64,000 nt of DNA from Eledone cirrhosa (lineage: Eukaryota), in assembly GCA_964016885.1 (NCBI GenBank), contig OZ024743.1, positions 39,060,001 to 39,124,000 of the forward strand. Reading direction: 5' to 3'. Positions within the stretch are counted from its first letter, which is position 1. Every line of letters begins with the position of its first letter. Both the position numbers and the translations under genes were made by a program. The notes beneath the pieces were generated by a model, which was given only the letters and a program-made list of their open reading frames with translations, did no database searches and was not told the origin of the DNA. Positions 28,201 through 42,178 of the stretch are shown piece after piece.

Positions 28201-31140
28201 TGTATAAGTATTGAAATTTCTGTTGAAAATTGAAAAAGTCAGGAGTAAAGAGTGCTCTATGTAAGTACCAGAGCTAAATTTAATGTATAATAAACAATAC
28301 AATATAATTACCTCATTACCAGAGGTTTCCCGAATAAGACGGACACGAAAAAAGGCCTCATTCGTTCATCGGACAAGGCAGTTTAAAACAAAGTGAAATA
28401 TTTGAAAAATCTCCTCAAGAAAGGCAAGAGTTTGGTGGGCAATAAAAATAAAGCAAGAGATATATAAAATAAAGGAAATATAGTTCGGGTATGTGTATAA
28501 AGTGTATATATTCATTCACAAATGTACATATGTGTGTATGTACAAATGCATGTATATAGTGAAAATGTGTGTGCGTAAGACGTATATGAGGGCAAGCATA
28601 ATAGCCTGTGTGTGACCAATACGTATATAATATTAGTTGAAAAATATTGTACAACCAGATTCGATGTCTCAATGGGTTCTTTTGGCAGTTCTGATGTTTG
28701 TGATTTAGTCGGCCTATTCCTCCTACACACACTTAAAGAAAAATTCCCTAACTATATCTTTGGACTTCGCGACGATGGTCTAATACTTTCCCATACGACC
28801 ATAGGCCAAAACTTAGATAGATTAAGAAAAGACTTAATAAAAACCTTCGCTAGTTTTAATCTTAAAATTGCTATTGACACTAACCTTTCCAATGTTAATT
28901 TTTTAGATATAAACCTAGATCTGCCTACTGCATATTATAAACCGTACCATAAACCTAATGAACATTTAAAATATATAAATATAAATATAAAGGCTCTTGC
29001 CATCCTCCTATAGTTTTTAAAAACCTTATCCCTCCACCCTCTCTTCCTCAGAAGCTATTTTCAATAAGGCATCCCCCTACTATAATAAAGCCCTTCAAAA
29101 TAGCGTATTTGGTGAACCGATTAAGTACATACACAACAATACTAACTCCTTTAAACATAATAATAGGAAAAGAAAGATATTCTGGTTCACCCCCCCCCCC
29201 TACTCTCTAGCAGTTAAAACTAATATAGGCAAACAATTCCTAGAGCTCTTAGATAAACATTTCCCTAGAATAGATAGATACTATAAGATCTTCAATAGAA
29301 ACTGTGTCAAAATTAGCTACTCCTGCGGTCCCCCTATTAAATCTTATATCATCAATAAAAAAACACCCAGAGAACATCAAAATTGCTCCTGTAGAGTCAA
29401 ATGTGAATGCCCATTACAAGGTAAATGCAACACCAAAGCCATTGTATATGCGGCTAACGTGACAACCATCAGCAACAACCTACCAGCCACCAGCGAACGA
29501 TATGTGGGTATGACACAAGACAAATTCAAAACGCGTTATTACTCACATGTCGCATCTTTCCGACATCCAGAAAAAAGATTTACAACAGCTCTGGCTAACA
29601 GAATATGGGATTTGAAAGACCAAGGTATCCAACATAAATTGGATTGGTCAATTTTGAACCAATCTAAAGAATATGCAAGAGGAACAAGAAGATGCACACT
29701 CTGCATAAGTGAAAAATATTGGAATTTACAGAACCTTAAATCACCAAAAACCTGCCTAAATACAAAAACACAAATGTTCACCAGTTGCCCACACATGAAA
29801 TCACACTTGCTTTCCAGTTCATATAAACTTAACTCACTTTCAGATACTTATCCCCCATAAACTCTTGTTCTTCAATTTCCTTAAATTATCCTTTTACAGA
29901 CTTCTCTTTCTGATTTACTTTCATTTTTAACTTTATTTTCATCTTTATTTTTATTTTCACTTCACATCCACCAGTGAACCCACCCCTCCTCCTACTTTTT
30001 TATTCGCTTACCTAATATCTTCACATTCCACACTTTCTTTCCCATTTTCTTTCATTCCTTGATACCATATGTCACTTGCGTTTTCAACTCCAGATATATT
30101 CTGTTGTTTCGCAGCCGTTTTATATTTGTATTTCTTTTTTTCATATGGCTGCTCTATATTTTGTATCTATGCGTGTGAGTGTGCATGCGCCTCCGTATGT
30201 GTGCGTGTATGTGTGTTTATGTGTGAGCATGTGTGTTTTTATATCTATATTTATACGAGTGTGTATATGTGGGTGAACGTATGTATATAAGTATGTGTAT
30301 ATATATATGTATATGCATATGTATGTATGTGTGTGTATGCATATATGTATATATATAGTCGCGTACGTACGTGTGCTTAGATATACGTGTGTCGATATAC
30401 GTATATATATGTGTGCTTCATGTGTATGTATGTATGTACGTATGCATGCGCTTTTGCCTGTACGTATTCATATATATATATTTCTTTTATATGTATATGC
30501 CCGTACGTGCGAATCTATGTTTGTTTTCTTTTTCTCTAGTGTTAATTTATAATTGATAACCCCTCCTTCTTACTTCCTCTTTGATTGAAACAAAATTATT
30601 TTCTTTCTCATATATTGTTTCATTTATATATGTATCGAATATGACACACTTTTTGACTAATACACTCACTTCCCTTTTTATCTACCGCATATAAATGATC
30701 GCGCGTGTGTGTTTATACGTGTGCTTTCATACTTGTATGTGTATATATTTAATACCTAAATCTGGATGTACAATAGTTTTCAACTTATATTATATACGTA
30801 TTGGTCACACATATTCTAGTATGATTCCCCTCATATACGTACTTACGCACACACATATTTTCACTATACACATGCATTTGTACATACACACATATGTACA
30901 TTTGTGAGTGAATATATACACATTTATACACATACCCTAACTATATTTCCTTATTTTTATATATCAATGCTTTATTTTTTTGCCCGTTATACTCTTGCCA
31001 TTCTTGGGGAGATTTTTCAAATATTTCACTATGTTCAAATTGCCTTGACCGATGAACGAATGAGGACGTTTTTCGTATTAGTCTTATTCGGGAAACCTCT
31101 GCTAATGAGGTAATTATATTGTATTGTTTATTATACATTA
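28201..31140 (+). mobile_element. 5'-truncated Naiad-type PLE with inverted 5' pLTR
   Basis: FDVSMGSFGSSDVCDLVG..RDD..VNFLDINLDL; CSCRVKCECPLQGKC; VY..YVGMT..CTLCISEK ending 29860. 28281-28661 is the inverted repeat of 30759-31140. Confidence 0.9.
31044..31118 (+). ncRNA. HHR-like motif (CCGATGA core; good stems II and III, weak stem I)
   Basis: CCGATGA acgaatgaggac..gtcttattcgg GAAA cctc tgctaat gag GTA; antisense copy at ~28305-28378. Confidence 0.5.
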
Positions 31141-31164
31141 TATATATACATATATATATATATT

Positions 31165-31500
31165 ACGTTTTGTCTTTGCGTGTAATTGTTTTTCACCGCT
31201 CCAAATAATGACGTATTATATTCCTTTTTTCCCGTTCTTTGCCACGGAACGTTTCCACGAACCAAAGTATCGTCTTCATGTCTTTCCCCGGTTTCAACGT
31301 ATTTTGAAATATTCACTACTGCGTTCACAGATTGACTTGTAAGTTTCAGAAAATCCCGTTAAGGGTGAAAGCAGCGATTCTTTGGTTAAATTAAATCTGT
31401 TATTCTAATAAATATTTGCTCTACGGTCTTTATATATTTGATATACATTTATCCTTATCGAGCCCTCTTTGGATTTTAGTCTTCAAATTTATTATTATTA
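31165..31500 (+). mobile_element. Solo pLTR of the 60080-62220 PLE family, with mutated HHR
   Basis: Reverse complement of 60080-60325, plus the same tail as 62140-62220. Confidence 0.8.
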
Positions 31501-31501
31501 C

Positions 31502-31559
<58 letters not shown>

Positions 31560-31560
31560 A
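31489..31560. repeat. (TTA)n microsatellite immediately 5' of the Tx1 element
   Basis: Direct reading. Confidence 0.95.
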
Positions 31561-31777
31561 TTGAATGCTATGGTTGACGGAGGATCAGCTCTGTAAGGTA
31601 TTGTAAATTTTGACCGCTATAAAAATTGTAAATTGTTTAAAATTTTAACCAAATTGTAGACAGAAACACCCTCCTCCTCGTGAGAGGGGTCTTTCTGCCC
31701 GTTATTTGGCCCTTCTGGGTTAAATAACCACTTATTGGGTTTTTTTGCTCAATATTTATTTTAAACAAAAAAAAAAC

Positions 31778-33840
31778 ATGGCTACGAAAAAGAATTTTCA
31801 TAGGTCACTCCCACTCATTCCTTCTTCTTCCTCAATCGTCACTACAGCAGAGAGAAGATTGTCTCTCTCCCTCCCTTCTCTAAATGGGTCTCTCTCCCTC
31901 GCTTCTCTTTCGCAAGCGACGCCAGAAAAGAAAAATCACGTGCAAAGCGTGCAAGATTTCTCCACGACGACGACGACAACGACGAGAAAGGTGTGCGGGA
32001 AATACGAAAACCGATTTCATTCGTCTGACGTCAGGAATAATAGCAGTAGCAGCCGTAATAACAGCAGCAACAGCAACAGTGATAAGGAAAACAACAGTTG
32101 CAGCTGCAACAGCATCAGCAGCAGCATAAACAACAACAGCATTAGCAGCAACTGCCACAACGACAGCAGCAGTACAACAACAACCACAGCAACAGCGGCG
32201 GCGGCAGTAGTCGTAGTACCTGCAGCAACAACAAAAGTAACAGCAGCTCTGACGACAACAAAAACAAAAAGAGCAGCAAAGAAAAACCAATCTCGTTTGC
32301 AGGTATCGCAAAGAACCTGGAAACCATCCTCATAAAAAATGAGGAATTAGAGGAAGCGAAGAAGATGGTGACGAAAATCGGACACCGAGCAATCTGCAAG
32401 GCAGCCGAACATTTTTTCGAAACCCAACAGCACTGTACGGTCACGTACCGTACAGTAAGTACAAAATCCCCTCGAGTTGAAAGAGCCACAGAGGCTCAAA
32501 TACGAAAAGCCTTAGGGTCTGTGTGGCAGCGGAAAACGCACATCACGCGAGGCAAGAAATATGCCACCGTAGACGTGCTTTTTGCCACACCCCAGGAAGC
32601 AAAGGCTCAATCCTTAGCGGCCCTAAGGAGCGAGGAAATCGTGTTGGTGCTCTCCTACTGCGGGAAAAAAATTGTGAGGGTCAAACTAACCCACGTGCCC
32701 CCAGTGAATGGCCCCTTCTTGGCTGGCCGCGTCTGTCCTCGTCGGAATCGAGGACAAAACAACTGTACTGCAAGAACAGAAAAAAGTAAGAGAAGATTGG
32801 GTCGGCACCTCCATTGAGATGTTAATCAAAATCAGCAAGGAGTGCAACGAAGCTATCCCGGATGTGATAGACTTCGATAGACTTAACGTCACTCAACTGC
32901 CCATAAGTATTGAGGGAAAACGCCCGAAATGCTTTCGCTGTCGATCGAAGACTCACCTCAGGGCCTTCTGCAACGAGAAGACCCTGAGAAAGGAAAACAA
33001 AAACCTCCTTCCGAAACCGGCTCCACGGCTACCAGCAACAAGTCAATCGGCAACCAGGAACGATAGGTCCGTGGCACCCATACACACGCCACGGAAATCA
33101 AGAACAGCAGCAGCAGTGAAAGTATTAACAACAACAACAGCAATACCAAATGCAGCTGCAGCAGAGACTCCACTGCAAACATCACCAACAACAAGTGAAA
33201 GAGTGGAGCTGGTTCCCCTACCCGACCTCACAGAACCAGACATGGAGTGTGAGGTGGGCGAGGGATGGCAAAAGGTCGTAAGAAGGCACAAACGCAGAAG
33301 CAGCGCATCGTCGCCTTCGAAAAGGGAGGAAAGAAATGAAAAAAAGGGTAAAGGCTACAGCAAAGAGACTCACAGCAGCAACACCACCAACACCATCACC
33401 GCCTACACTAGCACCACCATCACTACCGGCGATAACCCCACCGCCAACAACAACAACACCTTCAACACCACCACCACAAGCACCAACATCGCAAACACAA
33501 CAACAAAACACAGACACCCAGCAACAACGACAAGAAAATAGCAGAACCACACCCCACCCCCAGAAAAAAAATGCATGGCAAAAATACACACAACAAGAAA
33601 CTACTGACTTACATAATTGAAAACACAGATATTTCACAACACGACGACATAATACCAGCACCAATCAAAACGCCAACGAACATAAGACTGCTAAAGATAG
33701 CACAGAAACAATACACAAACACTAAAACGAAATTCCCCAACGCAGTTGGTGATTTCAGAAACCTAGGAGGGACTCTCAACCGGAAAGTATATTCGGACAT
33801 ACTCATAGAAGAGCCGACGACCAGCCGAAGGGACGATTAA
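31778..33840 (+). pseudogene. Tx1 ORF1 (gag-like RNA-binding protein with CCHC knuckle), disrupted
   Basis: ORF pieces at 31745, 32365, 32708 and 33571; CX2CX4HX4C at ~32930-32971. Confidence 0.75.
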
Positions 33841-33947
33841 ACGGTCCCTTCACCAGACGATCAAGTGAAAAGGGATGGACAAACCATCCTTCCTCTACAA
33901 AAAGTAGGGTAAGTGGTCTTTCCCATCTTTTCCACTCTCTTTTATAC

Positions 33948-36900
33948 ATGACCTCACTCAAAATAGGCAGCATAAATGCGCGTGGCTTGGTGTCGTCATG
34001 GAAGCAGGGTCACCTGCTCAACGACCTCAGGTCACTAAACATAGATGTAGTGGACATCAGCGAGACCAGATCTCAGAAGCACGGGCCTTCGCGCCCATCT
34101 TCGGCGGCTACAATGTGTACGCATCTCCCAGCCGTCCGGGATCGGGGGGAGGAGTTGCTGTGCTTTTTCGGAGAAGTTTGGATCTCACCATACGGGCCAT
34201 CTTCCTGGACCCAGAGGGTAAGTTGGTGGTACTGGACGGGACCAGCGGAGAGGGGCAAGCTTTCAGGCTAGTGGCCGTCTATGCCCCGACAGGAGCAGGG
34301 CGGCCTGATTTCTTCCGGCGTCTGGAGACCTTTCTTGGAACGTCCCGCTCTTTAGTGTTAGTCGGCAACTGGAACGGGATCTTAGATGCACGCTGGGACT
34401 GTGTAGGATTAGCGGAGAGGGGTGTAGGGTGCATGAGCCTCAGCAACCTGCTCAGGCGTTTTGAACTCTCTGAAAGCTACCGATTGGATTTCCCGAATGT
34501 GCCAATGTGGACTTGGACAAATCGCATAGGGTCATCCAGATCATATCTAGATAGAGTATTTTGTAGGGAAATAGATAGGTCTAGAATAAGCTGTCCACAA
34601 TTCAAGATAGTCAGCTACACGGACCACAAATTCGTGATCTGTGTGCTTGACTTAGATAGGCTTCATAGACGAGGACCCGACTACTGGAAGCTAAACGCGT
34701 CCTTACCAGCGCGCAAAGCCTACAGAGACCGGATTAGCGAAATAGTTAAGCGGGCGTTGACGGGGGCCATCGTCAACAACAAGTGGTGGTTTGCTCTGAA
34801 AAGAGCAATTAGAATAGAATCCATTACGTTTAGTAAGGCTTTAGCAATAGAGATAAATAGAGCAGAGGGAGAACTAGTTAGAAAATTAGACGAGGCGCTT
34901 AGCAAAGACATGAGACCGACGTGCTTGCGGCGAAATTAGCCCTTGACCTATTCTTCAATGCAAAGCCCGAAGGCTGCGTTGTCAGAGCTAGGGTGCGTGC
35001 TCTCAGACACGAGAGGACGAAAGCCGTTCAATGGGCCCGAGTGGCGGAGGCGCGTCGTGGCAACAAAGCAACGATCCGGTCTTTGGTGGACCACGACGGG
35101 CGTATGCTACTTGATCCCGGGGAAATGTGTGAAGCTTTTCAGCGACATTTCGCTCAGCTGTTCGGGGCCAGCGGTGGACCGGGTCGAGGGATGGACTTTA
35201 GTGTCTACCTCGACGGACTGCCGAGGCTCTCGGCCACTGAGGCGGAGTGTTGCGAAAAGCCGATAACAGCAGCTGAAGTACGGGAAGCAATGACTGGCTG
35301 CACAAGGGGTAAATCGCCTGGTTTGGAGGGTCTGCCCTATGAACTTTACGTACAGATGCCAGACTTGTTCGGAGGCCTCTTGGCGGACGTCTACTGCAAC
35401 TGGCAACAGAACGGGAGAATTCCCATCTCTGTGAGCCGAGGACCGGTGGCACTGCTGAGAAAGGATCCGAACAAGGGGGATAACATAGATAATTTCAGGC
35501 CCATAACTCTGATAAACACAGAGTTCAAGATTTTGGCCAAGGTGCTAGCAAAGAGGTTGGCGCTTGTTGTTGGTGGTTTGGTGGGAGAGGCGCAGACATG
35601 CGCCATTCCCGACAGATCCATCCACGACAACCTCCACCTCATGCAATACATCGTAGAGAGAGTAAATAGGGAACCTGGCATGGGTGGGTCCTTGATCAAT
35701 TTAGATCAGTCGAAAGCTTTCGATAGAGTCAACCATTGTTACCTAGCAGCAGTCCTGAGGGCGGCTCGCTTTGGGCCCGTCTTCAGAGGCTGGATCGCTG
35801 CCATGTACAGCTATATATGCTCTGTGGTGAGAGTGAACGGTCACCTTTCAGAACCGTTCAACATCATGCGCTCGGTCCGCCAAGGATGTCCTCTCTCGTC
35901 CCCCTTGTTTGTATTGACTCTCGAGCCATTACTGCATAAACTGGAGACGTTGAGGGAGGTCCCGCGCGAACTAGGATGCGGAAGATCGTGTCAGCATATG
36001 CGGACGATGTCACCGTAGTGGTGTCTAACGCCCAAACACATCGAGGCAATCGGCACTACACTAAGACAATACGAAGCGGTGACAGGAGCAATGATCAACC
36101 AGGAAAAGTCAGTGGGCCTACAGCTCAGCACCTGGAGAGGCAGGTCCATGCCGTCCAATAGCGTCGTCGGACGCTGGACGGAGGGACTGGTTAAATTGCT
36201 AGGGGTCTGGTTCGGTCCGGACTCCAGACGGACAAAAACTGGGACGAGGTGACGAGCAGGGTGGCTTCTCTCACCCAGAAATGGGCGGAGAGGAAGCTAT
36301 CCCTGAAAGGTCGAGTGGAGGTGGCTAACGCGTACATCGCGTCTGTCATCTGCTACCGCCTGACCGTTGTACCTTGTCCTAAGCCCCGCCTGACTGCGCT
36401 GGAGCATTTGCTCTTTCGCTTTTTGTGGAAGGGACGCGTTCCGATGATTAGGCGGTCCATCTGCTGTCAAAACCCGCTACGTGGAGGGCTGGGAACGGCG
36501 TGGCTGATGATGCGCAGACACGCGCTCAGGCTACGACATCTCCACCTCTTCCTCGACGGTGATCAGGTGTGGTCGCCGTTTGCTAGACACGTATTTCCCC
36601 AGCTTGTTTCCTTGACGGAGCTGCAGTCCTGGGTCAAGCGAAGACCGAGAGGGAGCGCCTGGAGACTGGAATGTCTTCAGGCGCTCCCAGTCCTCGACCA
36701 ATCGGGCAATGTGATCGGTGGAAACTCCACCTCGGCGTTCTATAGAGGATTAGTGGAGGGGAAGAGCGACGACGTACTTGGCGAATATCTAGCCGTCGAC
36801 GAAAATCAACTAGCCAATCTCTTCGGAAGAACTTTCGGGCCGGGACCTATGGATAACTCCCATAAATCTCTGGCCTGGCAGTGCTACCGAGGAGCTTTGC

Positions 36901-37010
36901 CAGTTTGGGATAAACTCTACAGGCATGGAGGTGCCGTCAGCCGGGTATGTCCGAGATGCGCGTAGGGCGACGAAATCCACCGGCACGCACTCGTCCAGTG
37001 TCCGAGCAAT
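33948..37010 (+). pseudogene. Tx1 ORF2 (APE endonuclease plus reverse transcriptase), frameshifted
   Basis: SINARGL, VYAP, SYLDRVF, TDH; KSPGLEGLP, FRPITLIN, DQSKAFDRV, VRQGCPLS, AYADDV; LSLKGRVEVAN. Confidence 0.92.
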
Positions 37011-37584
37011 CCCTTTTCTCTTGACCACTATCTCTCCATTGTCATAACATTCACTATAAAGACTACAGAATAGTTTTCCAAATAAGGGCGCAAAAATGTA
37101 ATGAAAACTTGTTCACGTGACAGCCAAATTTCATTTATAACCAACCAAAAAAAAGCCTTCGTGAGCCTCTTTTTTCAAGTAAAAAGAAATTCAAACACTC
37201 ATATATGAAAAAAACAACCTGTGACAACCCCCCCCCTCTCTTATTTGAAGAACTATTGTAACGCGAACTGGCGCGAAATTTATTATTATTATTGACAAAC
37301 CAATCAAATTACTTCTCGAAAAACCTGGCATTTCGAGCCACTTTTTCCATATAAAACAAGTAACATTCAGAGACCAACCAGATGTGATGAAAACCACAGA
37401 CCCTCCATCTCAACTCACCTTTTGAAAAGCAGAAGAACTGCGAAACCGGTAAAGGAACCAAATTAATATATATTTTTAAAAAAAATAAGACTCCAGTTGC
37501 ATTTTCGATTTCATCTCTTTTTCTTTATACTTTCACTCGTGTAGGACACCTCGGTTATTTTCCATTTTGTAAAAAAAACCTCAC

Positions 37585-37660
<76 letters not shown>

Positions 37661-37662
<2 letters not shown>

Positions 37663-40600
37663 TTAGATGTTGTATTTAATTTGTTGGAAGTCCGACACAA
37701 ACATAAATGTTTATAACAGATTTAGAGCACTCAACAATATTACTGGAGTACATATTACATGATTTTAAATAAATGGAAACTATATATATACAAAACATCG
37801 AATCCAAGAAAAAAGAATCTGCAGGCCGGGAATACCTTAAAAGTCTTAAGCCTAATATAGACAATCTTGAAAAAACTAAGAATATCTTCGTAAAATCTGA
37901 CAAAACTAACAATCTATGCGGAATGCAAAAGGACGAATAGAATAACCTTATATTGAAAGAACTAAGGAAAACATACAAAATTACAACCAATGAAGACCTG
38001 GAAATGGTAAATAGAGAAGCTTCTGAAATAATTCATAAATTAGGCATCGAAAATAAGACCGAACCCTTTATATCTAGAAAACCAAAAATTAACCTGAAAG
38101 ACCACGAAAGAAACTTTGAAATAGAACTACCAGTTAGACTTATAGCACCATCTAAATCAGACTTAGGCATAGTTAGTAAATGTATATTAGATAGAATCAT
38201 ACCGCAACTTAAATAAATATCTTACCTAAAACTATGGAACTGTACTAATGAAGTTATAGATTGGTTCAATAACATAACATTTAAACATAACAACAAATTC
38301 ATTCAATTGGATATTGCAAATTATTACTCCTCTATTACTCCTAATTTACTTAATAAAGCCCTTATCTATGCATCTAAACATCCATATTTATCTAGCGAAG
38401 AAATGCATATCATTTTAACCGCACGGAAAACTTTAATTGAATTCAACAATCATCTCTGGACTAGAGCTGATAGAAAAAATAATTTTGATATCACCATGGG
38501 GTCATTGGACTCGGCGCAAAGAACGGATCTTGTGGGACTATTTATTTATAATACACTACATAGAAAAATATCGGAGATGACCGGTGATTTATATCGTGAT
38601 GATATGCTTCTTCGAATTGAAAATCATAGTAAATGTGAAATTAATAGAAAAGAAAATCCATAAATCTTAAGTTAGAAAAAGAGAATAACTATAAAATTGT
38701 TAACTTTTTAGATCTAACATTAAACCGTAACACAGGGCTCTACTATCCATTCCATAAAATTAATGAGCATCTAAACTATGTAAGCTTCAACTCTAATCAT
38801 CCTAGATCTATCAAGAACACTATTGTAAATTCTATCCAACAACGTATTTCACGAATCTCCGCTAATAAAAACATTTTTGACGATAATATTGAATATTATA
38901 ATGAAGCTTTAAATAGAGCAGGCTATATAAATAAGATTAAATACATCGACAACAGTGATAAAGCAAATAACCCTACTATTAATTATAATTACAATAAAAA
39001 ACCTAACTTAAACTCTAAAACTAACAAAAGAAATAGAACTAGAAATATAATTTGGTATTCACCTCCATTTTCATTAAGCGTTAAAACACCTTTAGCTAAG
39101 CTATTCTTTAAAACACTAGATACATGTTTCCCTAAAGCCCATAGATACCACACAATCTTTAACAGACAAACAATAAAAATGTCTTACTCTACTACTATGA
39201 ACATAGCACAAAATATAAATAGAATCAATAATAGAAATTTAAACCATAAGCAAAATAGCAGTAATATCGCTCGCATATCCAACATAATAGTACCGTTCCA
39301 AATAACATCAACTCCGCTAAATGTAATTGTAGAATTAAATCAAACTGTCCTTTAAAAACTAAGTGCTTAGATAAGGATGTGGTCTATAAATGCACAGTCA
39401 AAACCAGTGATAATATATTTAACTATGTAGGTTCAACTTCTACAGACTTTAAAATTCGTTCGAATAATGAAAAAATGCTCGTTCAATAAACTTGATAAAA
39501 AAATCTTCAACTTCTCTATCAAACCTGATACGGACTATTCTTTAACTTGGGAAATAATTTTTACAGCACCTGCCTACCGAATCACAGCTTTATCTAGATT
39601 TTGCCAATTGTGTGTTTAGGAAATTTTATTCATACTTAAATGTAAGAACTCTATTAATCTAAGAACGAATTTATTTAGTTCTTGTAAAACATAGCCTAAA
39701 TTCAACGTTTAGAACTATATGTAAATTATAATTACTCTTATAATATTTCTACTTATTCCCATTACAATCCTATCCACTCTATTTCAATATATTGTTTGCT
39801 ATAATCTCACTTCTTATAATTTCACTTATTAAAATTTCTTAGATTATATACATGATCCTAAATTTTTAAATTCTAACTTTTCATTTTAACTTTAATTTTA
39901 ACTTTAATTATGTTTTAAGTGTTTTTAATTCTTTATCTTTTATTTTTATTTTTTACTTCTTAAATTTTTCATTGTTAACTTCTTAAATCTTTCATATAAT
40001 TAAAAAATTGCCTATTTTTTAGAAATCACTTTTTTTTTTAAATCTACTTATCTCTCATGAAATAGTTTTTAAAGTTTTATAAATTTTTTTTTAAATTTAA
40101 AAAAATGTTTTTAAATGTTTTGAGAATTAAAAAATATTTTTTTGAGAATTACAAAATTTGTATTTTTTAATTTTCCCGAATTTTTAATATTTTTATTATT
40201 TTTTCTAACATTTTTTAATATCCTTTATTAGATATATAACCACTAGCTAATTCAGGCTAAATATATCTTTCAACATTTATATCTTTAACATTTAAAATTA
40301 TTTTCACATAATGGTCTCATGCTAACTAATAAATAAACAAAACTGGATTTTTTTCCGTACCTCCCAATTTAAAACATTTAAAATCTATAAATATAAATAT
40401 CCTTATTAACTCAGTTAAATTAATTACTTACATTAAATATAAACCAATATCCCACATAAATCATAAAAACAATTATCTAAAACACGATATACCCATATAT
40501 CCATTTATATATCTATTTCTCTATTTATCTATTTATTGATTTATTCTTTTATTTTTCTATTTATTTCTCTATTTATTTTCTATTTATTTATCTATCTATC

Positions 40601-41148
40601 TATTTTCCTATCTATATTTTCTATCTATTTACTTTTCCATATATGTTTCTATCTAACTTTTATATATATCTTTTCTATCTACTTATAACACGAAATATTA
40701 TATTAGAAAAGAATTCTAACAAATAAATAATAGTAAATATACGTAACATTAGTAGATATAAAGTTAAACTGTATTCCCCATATTTACGTTACATGACTTC
40801 TATTCATTCTCTTGTGAATTTCTTCTCTCTATCTATCTTGCAATATTAATATCTTTTTCGCTCTATCTCTTTCTTCCCTATCTTTCTCCAGTGTCATTTA
40901 AATAAACGGTTATATTTTCAAGTATTTATACATTCATTTTCATATTCGCACACAAGTTTAAATAATCCTTAACATGTTTCCACTACCCAGTGAATTTCCA
41001 ACCGATAAGGTTTGTCTTTCATGGGTACGTCTTTATTTATAAAACAAACTTTCATGAAAGCGAACCAATGTTGTCTTGGTTGCCCTTGAAATATATATGA
41101 TAAATTAATGTGGTTTTATAAATATAGTTTCAATTTATTTAATATCAT

Positions 41149-41150
<2 letters not shown>
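37661..41150 (+). mobile_element. Degenerate near-full-length Naiad-type PLE with inverted 5' pLTR and long AT-rich 3' UTR
   Basis: VKSDKTNNL, LKDHE..RLIAPSKSDLG, FDITMGSLDSAQ, LYRDD, CNCRIKSNCPLKTKC, VY..YVGST (37790-39720). 37661-37790 is an inverted pLTR end homologous to 59300-59410. Degenerate HHR at ~41047-41105. Confidence 0.88.
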
Positions 41151-41197
<47 letters not shown>

Positions 41198-41201
<4 letters not shown>

Positions 41202-41334
41202 ATAATAATAAATTTGAAGACTAAAATCCAAAGAGGGCTCGATAAGGACCGTAGAGCAAATATTTATTAAAATAACAGATTAAAGTTTAAGCAGCGATTC
41301 TTTGCTTAAACTTTAATCTGTTATTTTAATAAAA

Positions 41335-41335
<1 letters not shown>
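41198..41335. repeat. Fold-back pLTR relic (60080 family) turning at HHR stem III
   Basis: Perfect arms 41263-41293 and 41303-41333 around loop gcgattctt. Confidence 0.85.
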
Positions 41336-41418
<83 letters not shown>

Positions 41419-41636
41419 CATTTGTGTGTGTGCATGTGTGTGTATTTGTGTGTATATGTATGTGTGTGTGTGTGTGGGTGTGTCTAAGTAAAAGGTAATA
41501 GGAAATAAAACAAAAGACAGTGTACGAAGGAAATGTGTTAGTTTAACGCTTGAACTAACAAGAAGAGAGTCTTAACGTATCGGAAACTAATTCTCCATTA
41601 GAAGATAGAGTTAGGAATAGAAGATATTTATATACC

Positions 41637-41692
<56 letters not shown>

Positions 41693-41697
<5 letters not shown>

Positions 41698-41843
41698 AAA
41701 AGAGTAAGATCCCGAGAGAAGAGTCCAAGCCGTTCCGACGGCGATTTCTGGACGTCCAGATATTGCCGTCGAAACGGCTTGAGCTCAGCCGTCGAGGTCT
41801 TACTTTCTCCTATTTCCCACTCTACTACCCTAACTATTGATTA

Positions 41844-41848
<5 letters not shown>
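41693..41848. repeat. Fold-back relic containing the 3' half of an HHR
   Basis: Palindrome centred on tctggac|gtccaga (41753/41754); right arm cgtc GAAA cggct tgagctc agcc GTC gagg. Confidence 0.75.
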
Positions 41849-41900
<52 letters not shown>

Positions 41901-41901
41901 G

Positions 41902-41941
<40 letters not shown>

Positions 41942-42056
41942 TTAGTTAAGCAGAGCAAGACCACCAATTTCACAAGGAAGTTATTATTAAAAGATTGTCA
42001 ACATATATTAGTTTGATGTAAGGGATGTAGAGAATAATAATAATAATATTAATAAT

Positions 42057-42178
42057 AATTGTTTCTATTTCAGACACAAGGCCAGCAATTACTCAGTGCA
42101 TTACTGGTACTTTATTTTATCGACCCTGTAAGGATGAAAGGCAAAGTCAACCACGGCGGGATTTGAACTCAGATCGTA
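42057..42178 (-). mobile_element. 5'-truncated family A SINE in (TAA)n
   Basis: Matches 19895-20015. Confidence 0.85.

Larger units (their letters stand above)
31561..37010 (+). mobile_element. Tx1-clade (L1 group) LINE, 5' complete, 3' end missing, frameshifted
   Basis: ORF1 with CFRCRSKTHLRAFC knuckle; ORF2 with APE, RT and CPRC..H....C zinc finger. Confidence 0.92.
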
